In this document: in pieces, positions 46,867-55,887 of the stretch
How positions within the stretch are numbered: position 1 is the stretch's first letter
Layout of the letters: every line of letters begins with the position of its first letter
IMG/VR virus record: IMGVR_UViG_3300010399_000033
Location: 46,244 to 110,243 of that record
Source of the DNA: a virus
Length of the DNA stretch: 64,000 bases
Direction: 5' to 3' (one strand)
The notes under the pieces: model-generated
Seen by the model: the letters and a program-made list of their open reading frames with translations, nothing else
What the model was told of the DNA's origin: nothing
The model's database searches: none
Position numbers and translations under genes: made by a program

Positions 46867-47384
46867 GCGGCTATCTCTCCGAGCTGAAGCGCGCGATGCA
46901 TGCGTGCGCGTGCTATCCTCGCTCTGTATTTATGGGGCAGGCGGTCGCATTCCCCGGCACCGCGATGTCGCAGACTTTTGAGGGCGTCGATTCCTCCCAG
47001 CTCATCGAGATGCCGGTGGCCGAGGACATGCAAATGGGCATGGCGATCGGCATGTCGCTTGCCGGCTACCTTCCGATCTGTGTCTACCCACGCTGGAACT
47101 TCCTTCTGCTCGCGACGAACCAGCTCGTCCTGCATCTGGACAAGCTGCCGGTGTATTCGGACTACTGCCCGAAGGTGATCATTCGGGTCGCGACCGCAAC
47201 TCACGAGCCGATGGACCCAGGTCCGCAACATCTCGGTGATTACCACGGACAGTTCAATAGGATGCTCAGGACTGTTGACGTTGTGCCGCTTCGCCACACC
47301 GATATGATCGAGCCGGCGTATGAGGCTGCGCTCGCCAGCCCGCGCTCGACAATCCTTGCTGAGTATGCGGAGCTTTACGCCTGA
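46863..47384 (+). CDS. TPP-dependent enzyme, E1-beta/transketolase pyrimidine-binding subunit (no C-terminal domain)
   Basis: FMGQ.V, IEMPVAE..QMGMAIG.SLAG, FL..A.NQL, GPQH. Confidence 0.85.
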   Translation: MSGYLSELKRAMHACACYPRSVFMGQAVAFPGTAMSQTFEGVDSSQLIEMPVAEDMQMGMAIGMSLAGYLPICVYPRWNFLLLATNQLVLHLDKLPVYSDYCPKVIIRVATATHEPMDPGPQHLGDYHGQFNRMLRTVDVVPLRHTDMIEPAYEAALASPRSTILAEYAELYA

Positions 47385-47568
47385 TGGTTGCGATCGTTGA
47401 CGATATCAAGGACATCAAGCGCCGGCTTCGCGGTGACGACTGGTGGACCGCTCGGAAGGATCAGGCGCTGCTGCAGCCGTCGAAGACGTATGCGCCGACA
47501 ATCAAGCGGGACTACACGCCCTCGCCATATGACCTTGTTGATGGCGGCGCTGATTGAAGGAGGCGTGT

Positions 47569-48699
47569 GTGAACTTTTATTATCCGACAGCTTTTCGGCG
47601 TTGGAATGACGACGAACTCTACGCGATTGAGCGCGTGCTCGTGTCCGGCAATCTCACCATGGGTCAGGAGGTCAAAGCGTTTGAGGTTGAGTTCGCCGCG
47701 TATCACGGCCGGCGTCACGGCATCATGGTCAATTCCGGATCGTCAGCCAATCTGATCGCTGTTGCCGCGGCTTGTGCGGGTGGGTTCATGCATCGGGGAG
47801 ATAGGATCGCGGTCCCTGCTGTGGCATGGTCTACGACGTATGCGCCACTGGTTCAGCATGGGCTGGAGCTGGATGTCGTCGATATCGACAGCTCGTGGAA
47901 TATGGATCCGTCCTTGCTTCGCATGGTGCGTGATCGTACCGGTGCCCGGCATGTGCTGATCTGTCCTGTGCTTGGCAATCCGATGAACATGGAGGAATAT
48001 CCGCAAGCGATCATCGAGGACTGCTGTGAGTCGCTCGGGGCGGTGACGGCATCGGGACGCAAGTGTGGAACGTTTGGCTTGATGTCGACATTCTCGTTCT
48101 TCCACTCGCACCAGATCAGCGCCGTTGAGGGCGGCATGATCCTGACTGACAGTGACGATCTGGCCAACCTGTGCCGCATGCTGCGCGCGCATGGGTGGAC
48201 GCGAGATACGGGTCGCCGTGAGGGGTTCGATTTCGAGTATGACTTCCGCGTCATGGGATACAACGTGCGCCCGACAGAGATCTATGCGGCGGTGGCGCGT
48301 GAGCAGCTGAAGAAGCTTCCGGAGTTTGTCGATATGCGTCGCCGCAATCTCGAATGCTTCTGGGAGCTTGTGGCGCAGAAGAACGTGGCGGTTTTCGGGC
48401 CGGTTCATCCAGCCGGCAGTGTGCCGTCCCCCTTCGGCATCGCGTTTGACTTCGACTTCAGAGTCGATACCGATCGCGCCCGCGTTGTGGATGCCCTGCG
48501 TCAGCATGGGATTGATGCGCGTCCCCCGACAGGCGGATCGTTCCTGAAGCACTGTTATGGAGAGCCGTATCGCGAGCGTTGTGCCACACCACAAGCGGAT
48601 TGGCTGCACGATCACGCGTTGTTCATCGGCAATGCGCCATATGTCATTTCCGACAAGATCGCGGTAGCGGTCGAGACTCTGGCGGAGGCTCTCAGCTGA
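47569..48699 (+). CDS. DegT/DnrJ-fold PLP enzyme, ColD-like NDP-4-keto-6-deoxyhexose 3-dehydratase
   Basis: MVNSGSSANL, EDCCESLGA, SFFHSHQIS.VEGG (His at the usual Schiff-base Lys), HGWTR, GYNVRPTE. Confidence 0.85.
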   Translation: MNFYYPTAFRRWNDDELYAIERVLVSGNLTMGQEVKAFEVEFAAYHGRRHGIMVNSGSSANLIAVAAACAGGFMHRGDRIAVPAVAWSTTYAPLVQHGLELDVVDIDSSWNMDPSLLRMVRDRTGARHVLICPVLGNPMNMEEYPQAIIEDCCESLGAVTASGRKCGTFGLMSTFSFFHSHQISAVEGGMILTDSDDLANLCRMLRAHGWTRDTGRREGFDFEYDFRVMGYNVRPTEIYAAVAREQLKKLPEFVDMRRRNLECFWELVAQKNVAVFGPVHPAGSVPSPFGIAFDFDFRVDTDRARVVDALRQHGIDARPPTGGSFLKHCYGEPYRERCATPQADWLHDHALFIGNAPYVISDKIAVAVETLAEALS

Positions 48700-49631
48700 T
48701 GAAAATTTTGGTCACGGGCGGCGCCGGATATATCGGCAGTGTGCTGACCCCTTATCTGCTGGCGCGCGGCTGGTCGGTGACGGTGCTTGAAAACTTCGTA
48801 CATGGAGTGCCGTCTCTGGCTCATATCGCGCATGACAGGAGACTGCGGATCGTGCGTGGCGATGCCCGATCCAGGGACTTGATGCGATCGTTGTTGCCGC
48901 AACATGACGTCCTGATCCCGCTGGCTGCGGTGGTGGGCGCGCCTGCTTGTGATGCCGATCCGATCGGCGCCACTTCCACAAATTACGAAGCCATCGATAT
49001 GGCTTTGTCGCTGATGTCTCCGGAGCAGTGGGTTGTGTATCCGAACACGAACAGCGGCTATGGGACCACGGCCCCCGGCACGATGTGCGACGAGACGACG
49101 CCGCTCGCGCCTATCAGCCTGTACGGCAAGCTGAAGTGTCTGGCCGAGTCACTGGTGATGGCGCGCGACAACTCTATAACGCTGCGGCTGGCGACCGTCT
49201 TCGGTTGGTCGCCGCGCATGCGGTTGGACCTGATGGTCAACGACTTTACCTACCGGGCCGTCACTGACAGGACGCTTGTTCTGTTCGAGGGCGGTTTTCG
49301 GCGCAACTTCATCCACGTGCGCGACGTCGTGCGGGCATTCGTCTGGGCGCTGTCGAAGCGGCCCTACCCTGCCGGTTTGGTGTTTAACGTCGGCGACGAC
49401 GCGGCCAACATGACGAAGGCCGAGCTGTGCAAACGTATCGCATGCCACACCAAGTTCAACTGGATCGAGCACCCGTCCGCCACTGACCCCGACAGGCGCG
49501 ACTACGTGGTGTCGACCGCCAGGATCAGGGCCCTGGGCTGGCGGACCACCCGCGACTTCGACGAGGGGATCGGCGAGCTTGTGCAAGGCTATGCCATGCT
49601 TGGCGGGTCGGGCGGACTCCGCAATGCCTGA
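48699..49631 (+). CDS. NAD-dependent epimerase/dehydratase/reductase (extended SDR)
   Basis: TGGAGYIG, YGKLK, LRLATVFG.SPRMRLDL. Confidence 0.9.
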   Translation: MKILVTGGAGYIGSVLTPYLLARGWSVTVLENFVHGVPSLAHIAHDRRLRIVRGDARSRDLMRSLLPQHDVLIPLAAVVGAPACDADPIGATSTNYEAIDMALSLMSPEQWVVYPNTNSGYGTTAPGTMCDETTPLAPISLYGKLKCLAESLVMARDNSITLRLATVFGWSPRMRLDLMVNDFTYRAVTDRTLVLFEGGFRRNFIHVRDVVRAFVWALSKRPYPAGLVFNVGDDAANMTKAELCKRIACHTKFNWIEHPSATDPDRRDYVVSTARIRALGWRTTRDFDEGIGELVQGYAMLGGSGGLRNA

Positions 49632-49793
49632 CCAGCTCCAGATGGTGGTGCTGGATGGACCTCGTGTTGGTGCTATGATCCGTGTGGGTTGGATGTGGCC
49701 ATGTGTTGATTCCTCGCTTGTCGGAGTGTGGGCTCGTTTATGACAGGTACGTGGTGCATATGGGACACTATCTGATCAAGGAAGACTTTCCTC

Positions 49794-50099
49794 GTGTCTG
49801 ACACCAAATCGAACGTCGTCAGGTTTAAGCGGAAGCCGCGCCCGCTCCGCAAGCGTTATGATCCGGCGATGCCGTTTTCGGTCGAGCGGGAAGATTTGGA
49901 CGACGGGTCGATCACATACAGCGTGGTGGATCTGCGTCCCGACAGCTGTCGCACCTTGTGCGAGATGAACGATCAATGTCACGACCAATGTCGTGACGAA
50001 GACATGCCAGACGATATTTCGACAACAGCGAAGTCGGATGCCGAGATGATCGTCCGCGCGCTCAACCTGCTACATAGCTACAAGGGCACGAAGTCGTGA
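49794..50099 (+). CDS. Hypothetical protein
   Basis: ORF coupled to the radical SAM start. Confidence 0.5.
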   Translation: MSDTKSNVVRFKRKPRPLRKRYDPAMPFSVEREDLDDGSITYSVVDLRPDSCRTLCEMNDQCHDQCRDEDMPDDISTTAKSDAEMIVRALNLLHSYKGTKS

Positions 50100-52627
50100 C
50101 TAACGTTGTTCTGATCAATCCACCGTCGCGCTCTGGGTATGGCGATCTTGCTGACGATCTGTCGGCGATCGAACCACCCGCATGGAGTCGGATGATTGCC
50201 GGATATCTTCGCGATCGTGGCTTCCGCGTATTCATTATTGATGCGGATGGTGAACGCCTGTCGGCGGATGATATTGGCAATGCCATCGCGCGGATGGCGA
50301 GCCCTCCTCGGATTGCTTGTGTCGTAGTGCACGGACATCAGCCGTCTGCTTCTACCCAGCTGATGGGCGCGGCTGAGGAAGTGTGCCGCGCGATCAAAAT
50401 TCGCATGGCGGATGTATCGACCATGGTGGTTGGCGGACACCCATCGGCACTGCCCGTGCGGACGTTGCTGGAATGCTCGGATTTTGACTATGCTTGTGTG
50501 GGTGAAGGCCCGATCACGATCGAGCGGTTGCTGCAAGGTGATAAGCTCGCGTTTGTTCCTGGGCTTGTGTGGCGGAACTATGCGTCCGGGGAGGTTGTGG
50601 TCAACTCACGCGCGCCACTGCTTCCGATCGACGATCTGCGTGGGAATGCATGGTACATGCTCCCGCCGCTCAGCCAGTACCGTGCGCACAACTGGCAATG
50701 TCTGGACGGATGGCCTCGTTCTCCATACGCCTCGATCTACACCACACTTGGATGCCCTTACAGCTGCCTTACGGGAGATACTGTCGTCAACACGATTTAC
50801 GGTGATATCCCAATCAAGGAGCTTTCCGAGAAATATGGCGACCAGGGGGTTCCGGTCTATACGTATGATCCGAAGACCGGAAAAGCTTTTGTGGCGGACA
50901 GCGTTTATATCCGCATGTACGGGCGGAATAAGCGTGTGGTGCGTGTATCGTTTGATGATGGTTCGCACATCGACTGCACTCCGGATCATATGTTCCTTCA
51001 GTTCAAGTGGGGAAACGGACGGTCGCCAAGAAAGCAGTGGCAATGTGAGGCGCAAGATCTGGTCGCTGGTGCGCATGTGCGCGCAGTGCGCTTTGAACAG
51101 CATCCGCTTGGACGGGTCTACGTGTCATGGGGGAGGAAGAGTCGTCAACTGCGTTCGCGAATGGTCATGGAATATATTCTTGGACGCAAGCTTCGGCGCG
51201 TAGAACATGTTCACCATGTTGACCGCAACAAGTCCAATGATCTCCCCGGCAATTTGAAGCATTTTGCTTCGGCGAAGGAGCATTTTGTCGAACACCCTGA
51301 GATCGCTCAGCGGATGCGCGTGCAAAATCCTGCGCGTCACATGACGCCTGTGTGGCGGGGAAAACTGGCGGCGGCGAACCGTGGTTTGAGGCGGTCTCCG
51401 GAAGCGATTGATAATTACCGGACGGCAGCACGCCGAAGGTCCACAGATCCAGCATACCGCGAGAAACTTCGACAAGCAGCTTTGAGCAGAGGTCCGCGCG
51501 GGAGCTGGTGGACTGCGGCTGACGGAACGCATTATGTGGCTACTGTCGCCCGCGCACGTGGTGATCGAAGGGGGCGGATCGGATTCAACCCACATCGCAT
51601 GGTCAACCATTGCGTCGTATCTGTGACAGAGCTGGATCAGCGACAGGACGTCTATTGTCTGACGGTTCCCGCAACCGGGTGGTTCTTCGCGAACAACGTG
51701 CTGGTGAAGAACTGCCACTTCTGCATGATCAATGCGCCGTTTGATAGCCACGCATACCGCATGCGTCAGCCACAGCATGTTGCGGCTGAGATCGTGCGTC
51801 TGTATCGTCAGTTCGGCGTGCGCACATTCAAGATCGTGGATGAGATGTTCATTCTCAACCCGCGACACTACGGCGAGATCTGCAATGGCATTATCGAAGC
51901 AGGGATCGGCGATGATATCAACATCTGGGCTTATGCGCGGGTTGACACCGTGCGGTCCGACAGGTTGGCGCAGCTGAGGAATGCCGGCTTCCGTTGGTTG
52001 GCGCTTGGAATCGAGTCCGCGTCAGCATATGTGCGTGACGGTGCGCGCAAGCGGCTCAAGAACGACGACATCATCGGAGTTGTTCGCGCGATCCAGGCGG
52101 CCGGTATCAACGTGATCGGCAACTTCATCTTCGGCTTGCCTGATGACGATTTTTCTTCGATGCGCGCCACGCTCGCTCTGGCGCAGGAGTTGAATTGCGA
52201 GTTCGCCAACTTCTACTCGGCGATGGCCTATCCTGGCTCGCCGCTGTATGCCGAGGCTGCGCGTGAAGGCTGGGATCTGCCGTCGACATGGGATGGGTAT
52301 TCGCAGCACGGGTACGAAACCCGTCCGCTTGCGACGCGCGCCCTGGCGGCAAGGGACGCGCTCGCTTTCCGCGACCAGGCTTTCGACGCCTATTTCGGTT
52401 CGGCGCGCTACACCGACATGATCGGGCGGAAGTTCGGGGATACTGCCTTGATGCAACTCAAGAAGATGCGGGAGCACGCGATCCCTCGCGGGTTGTTCGG
52501 AGGATGCACGGCGAGGGATCTTCCGGATTTGACCACCAGCGCGCCGGACGTGCTGGGCGGCACCGATCATCAGGCGACCCAGGAAAACGCACCGGTGGGT
52601 GCTTTCCCGGCGACCACGGGACACTGA
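50096..52627 (+). CDS. Cobalamin-binding radical SAM enzyme (class B methylase-like) interrupted by an intein
   Basis: LINPP, GGHPS, GEG B12 domain; GCPYS[intein]CHFC; DE.F, GIES, FIFGLP. Confidence 0.9.
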   Translation: MTNVVLINPPSRSGYGDLADDLSAIEPPAWSRMIAGYLRDRGFRVFIIDADGERLSADDIGNAIARMASPPRIACVVVHGHQPSASTQLMGAAEEVCRAIKIRMADVSTMVVGGHPSALPVRTLLECSDFDYACVGEGPITIERLLQGDKLAFVPGLVWRNYASGEVVVNSRAPLLPIDDLRGNAWYMLPPLSQYRAHNWQCLDGWPRSPYASIYTTLGCPYSCLTGDTVVNTIYGDIPIKELSEKYGDQGVPVYTYDPKTGKAFVADSVYIRMYGRNKRVVRVSFDDGSHIDCTPDHMFLQFKWGNGRSPRKQWQCEAQDLVAGAHVRAVRFEQHPLGRVYVSWGRKSRQLRSRMVMEYILGRKLRRVEHVHHVDRNKSNDLPGNLKHFASAKEHFVEHPEIAQRMRVQNPARHMTPVWRGKLAAANRGLRRSPEAIDNYRTAARRRSTDPAYREKLRQAALSRGPRGSWWTAADGTHYVATVARARGDRRGRIGFNPHRMVNHCVVSVTELDQRQDVYCLTVPATGWFFANNVLVKNCHFCMINAPFDSHAYRMRQPQHVAAEIVRLYRQFGVRTFKIVDEMFILNPRHYGEICNGIIEAGIGDDINIWAYARVDTVRSDRLAQLRNAGFRWLALGIESASAYVRDGARKRLKNDDIIGVVRAIQAAGINVIGNFIFGLPDDDFSSMRATLALAQELNCEFANFYSAMAYPGSPLYAEAAREGWDLPSTWDGYSQHGYETRPLATRALAARDALAFRDQAFDAYFGSARYTDMIGRKFGDTALMQLKKMREHAIPRGLFGGCTARDLPDLTTSAPDVLGGTDHQATQENAPVGAFPATTGH
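50765..51712 (+). mobile_element. Intein (316 aa) with an HNH homing endonuclease
   Basis: N-terminus CLTGDT, block B CTPDH, HNH VHHVDRNKSND..NL, block F/G VYCLTV....FFANNVLVKN followed by +1 Cys. Confidence 0.92.
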
Positions 52628-52693
52628 GCATGGATGACCTCGACCGCATTGTGAACGATCCGCGCCTACTCCCATACTGGTGGTAACAGAAGC

Positions 52694-53041
52694 ATGTTCG
52701 GACCGACGCAGAATGACTGCCCCAATCCACTGGCAGGAGCTGCCTACCAGATCGTGTATGAGAAGCTAAATCCGGCATCGGTGACGCCGACAAAGCTTCA
52801 GGATCTGCGCGTACGTGTGCTCGCACTCGCCACATGGGCCGCCGGGCAGCCACCTGAGGTGGCGAATGCATATGGTTGGGCGTTGACGCGTATCATGGCT
52901 GACATCGATCAGCGCGTCATGCTCGCGGGCCGCGCTGCGGCGATCCGGGACGCTCTGGAAAAGTTGCCGCGCCCACCTGAGCCCGACACACTGGCAGACT
53001 GGCCGACCCGTCGCCTGCAGAACCCGCTGGAACCGAGTTGA
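52694..53041 (+). CDS. Hypothetical protein
   Basis: ORF in operon. Confidence 0.55.
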   Translation: MFGPTQNDCPNPLAGAAYQIVYEKLNPASVTPTKLQDLRVRVLALATWAAGQPPEVANAYGWALTRIMADIDQRVMLAGRAAAIRDALEKLPRPPEPDTLADWPTRRLQNPLEPS

Positions 53042-53044
53042 AAA

Positions 53045-53425
53045 ATGACTTCGCCGCTCCATGCGCTTCTTATCGCGGCCTCGCTGGTCATGCCGGTGAC
53101 GGACGTCGCTCCGTCTACCCATGCGGTCCGCGCGGAATTCTACATGAAGAAGCGCGCCAACTTTCTGGAGCTTGTGCGCGAGCTGTACAACGCGCTTGCC
53201 TGCGGCGTGTTCAAGTCGGAGGTCGAATTCATCGGTCTATACCGGGCAGCGGTTGGAGAGCTTGCTGCGATCGACAGGCCGGGTACCGCGTGGCCGCCAA
53301 GTGATATCCGTCTCGGCACGGATGTGCGTGCAGCAGCGGCTCGTGGTGGATCCGAGTCGTGCGATCTCTGGGCCGATCCGCGTCGTGCACTCGCTTTGCA
53401 GCTGGCGGCGGAGGCTCTGCGATGA
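53045..53425 (+). CDS. Hypothetical protein with a signal-peptide-like N-terminus
   Basis: Hydrophobic N-terminus, two Cys. Confidence 0.5.
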   Translation: MTSPLHALLIAASLVMPVTDVAPSTHAVRAEFYMKKRANFLELVRELYNALACGVFKSEVEFIGLYRAAVGELAAIDRPGTAWPPSDIRLGTDVRAAAARGGSESCDLWADPRRALALQLAAEALR

Positions 53426-54324
53426 ATTGGCTATTCAACATGCTCAATCATAACCCGAAGGGACAGCGCTCCTTGGAGGACGTGATCGGCATCATCGGTC
53501 ACCAGCTACGCGAGCTGGGACATACCGCTGTATGGGACAAGAAGAACGACCAATTTCTGACGGGCGAAGCCGGGATCAATGTGATCGTGGAGGGCTTCAC
53601 CCCGCCGGTGATTGAGATCATGGCGGGGGCACGTGCGCGTGGGTGTCGGTTTGTCATCCTCGCGACCGAGGAGCCGACCGAGAAAGGGTTCAATCACGGC
53701 GTCGACCCCGAGATGGTCATGCGTCAGCGGATGTTTCCCGAGGCGGCGCGCTACTGTGAGGGGATCATCCATCTTGTCCCTGGGAAGCGTGTGACTGACT
53801 GGTATGGACAGTTCGCGCCAGCAGCCTATACCGAGCTGGGGTTCGCGCGCACATTGGTGCGGCTATCTCCGCAGGAACCGGTTTACGACTTTGGGTTTTT
53901 TGGGTCGGTGAGCCGCCGCCGCATGGGCATCCTAAACAAGCTGGCGAAGCGATCCGGACGGAAGGACGCTGTCCGCTATATTGGAGACTTCCCCGATCAG
54001 GAGACGCGCGACAGACAGATCAGGGAAGCGCGGGTCGTGGTGCAGCTGCGCAAGGTCGACGCCATGGGTCTTGTCTCATCGTCACGCTGCAACACAGCTT
54101 TGTGCGTCGGTCGCCCGGTGATTGCCGAGCCTCACGAGCTGTCGGCGCCTTGGGATCAGATCGTGTCGTTCGCCTCGTCGACTGATCATTTCTACAACTT
54201 GGCTGTCATGGCTAGGATGAACTGGCAGTCGCTGTGGTATGATCAGTTCAAGCGCTTCCGCGAAATGCTTCCGGCAGACGCCTGCATTGGCAAGGCTCTG
54301 CGCGATATCGGTGTGATGCGATGA
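53422..54324 (+). CDS. Glycosyltransferase-like protein (GT-B), paralog 1
   Basis: YDFGFFGS...RR..IL, RD...R.A.VV.Q, S..RC..AL..GRPVIAE. Confidence 0.7.
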   Translation: MNWLFNMLNHNPKGQRSLEDVIGIIGHQLRELGHTAVWDKKNDQFLTGEAGINVIVEGFTPPVIEIMAGARARGCRFVILATEEPTEKGFNHGVDPEMVMRQRMFPEAARYCEGIIHLVPGKRVTDWYGQFAPAAYTELGFARTLVRLSPQEPVYDFGFFGSVSRRRMGILNKLAKRSGRKDAVRYIGDFPDQETRDRQIREARVVVQLRKVDAMGLVSSSRCNTALCVGRPVIAEPHELSAPWDQIVSFASSTDHFYNLAVMARMNWQSLWYDQFKRFREMLPADACIGKALRDIGVMR

Positions 54325-54953
54325 TGACCACCTTTGACCACATCGTCCATGACCCCCGTTTCATGCCGTATTGGGGGTGGCACGATGACCAGCGCGACGG
54401 CGACGGAACTCCCGACTACAGGCCTGCCGCGCAGCAGGTCCGGCAGGAGTTCCTGGACTTTGCTGAGGCGCTGCGCGATCTCGTGCTTGTCAGGCACCCG
54501 CTGAAGGTTGGCAGGTCATGTTTGCAGCTTGGGCTTGGTGTCCCCGGCGCGACACACATGCTGTTCTCGGCGATCTTCGATGAGGTTCGCTCTGTCGAGC
54601 GCGACCGCGGCACGGTCGATCAGTTCCTACACCGGTTTCCTGATGTCCGTGGTGGGATTATTCACGGCGACACCAACAGCGCGGCCACGTATCAGCTGTG
54701 TGCGAGCTTCCCGCCATGGGATATGCTTTTCATCGACGCCGGTCACAGGTACGAGGAGGTCCTTCTCGACCATACCATGTACTCGTCGCTGGTCAGGCCT
54801 GGAGGGATCGTCGCATTTCACGACGCCGTCCACAGGCCGCAGTTCGGCGACGGCATCGGCGTGTGGCGCCTGCTCGCCGAGCTGCGCGGGGATGGCTTCG
54901 ATGTCCAGACGATCGGCGATGAAGTCGGCATCGCATATTACGTGGTGCCGTGA
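54321..54953 (+). CDS. Class I SAM methyltransferase (Methyltransf_24-like)
   Basis: LQLG...G, GDT, DMLFIDAGHRYE.V..D...Y..LVRPGGIVAFHD. Confidence 0.85.
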   Translation: MMTTFDHIVHDPRFMPYWGWHDDQRDGDGTPDYRPAAQQVRQEFLDFAEALRDLVLVRHPLKVGRSCLQLGLGVPGATHMLFSAIFDEVRSVERDRGTVDQFLHRFPDVRGGIIHGDTNSAATYQLCASFPPWDMLFIDAGHRYEEVLLDHTMYSSLVRPGGIVAFHDAVHRPQFGDGIGVWRLLAELRGDGFDVQTIGDEVGIAYYVVP

Positions 54954-55885
54954 TGGCTTGGTTCAATTTCAACACGTTCAATCACTGCCGGCAGGGCCGG
55001 ATTATCGTCGAGGACATCACCCGCACGATGGGTCTGCAGATGCGGGCGCTCGGCCACCAAGTAATGTGGTCTGATGACCTATTGCCCGTAGTTTCCGGTC
55101 CAATTTACAATGTGTTGCTTGAGTCGTTCGCCGACGACCCACAGACCCTGCAGACAATTGCCAAGGCACACGGATACGGCTGCAAGTTCATCTACGTGGC
55201 GACCGAGGAACCCAGCGACGCCGGCTTCAACCACGGCCTCGACCCGGCGATGATCGACAGGCAGAACGCCTACGCCGAAGCCATGAAGTACGCTGTCGGA
55301 ACGCTGCACCTGATCCCCGGCCAGCACGTCACCGACTGGTACGCGCAGTTTGGCCCTGCTGCTTACGCGGAACTCGGATGGGCACCATACCTTGATGCGG
55401 ATCGGCCGCTGGTCATGCCGAAGTGGGAGCAGCAGCCCGATCACGACGTCGGCTTCTTCGGCAAGATGACGTGGCGTCGTGGCCAGATCCTCGACACCAT
55501 GGAGGCGATGGGCCTCAAGGTGCTGCGGCTGACCGGACTCGACACACCGCGCGCAGAGCGCGACGCCATCATGCGGCGGGCGAAGGTGATCGTGCAGATC
55601 AGGGGCAACGACGAGTGGACGACCGTGTCCTCGACCCGCTGCGTCGCCGCGCTCGCCATGGGCCGCCCGGTGATCGCCGAGTCGCATCCGGCACCCGCGC
55701 CGTGGGATCAGTGTGTCTCGTTCTCCAAGTCCATGGACGAGTTTTACGCGGATGTGCGCTTGGTGGCGCAGTACTCACCCGCGCTGCTCGCCCATTACCA
55801 TCAGATGCAGTACAACGCATTCAGCAAGTGGCTGACACCGGAGCACTGCATCGGCGGCGCGCTGCGTACGCTGGGGGTCGCCTGA
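54950..55885 (+). CDS. Glycosyltransferase-like protein (GT-B), paralog 2
   Basis: Paralog of 53422..54324 (ATEEP...GFNHG.DP.M..RQ; HL.PG..VTDWY.QF.PAAY.ELG). Confidence 0.7.
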   Translation: MMAWFNFNTFNHCRQGRIIVEDITRTMGLQMRALGHQVMWSDDLLPVVSGPIYNVLLESFADDPQTLQTIAKAHGYGCKFIYVATEEPSDAGFNHGLDPAMIDRQNAYAEAMKYAVGTLHLIPGQHVTDWYAQFGPAAYAELGWAPYLDADRPLVMPKWEQQPDHDVGFFGKMTWRRGQILDTMEAMGLKVLRLTGLDTPRAERDAIMRRAKVIVQIRGNDEWTTVSSTRCVAALAMGRPVIAESHPAPAPWDQCVSFSKSMDEFYADVRLVAQYSPALLAHYHQMQYNAFSKWLTPEHCIGGALRTLGVA

Positions 55886-55887
55886 AC

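Noticed and set aside
45648-47384. Pyruvate dehydrogenase as an auxiliary metabolic gene
   Set aside because: Both subunits are truncated, no E2 or E3 is present in the window, and the context is nucleotide-sugar enzymes.
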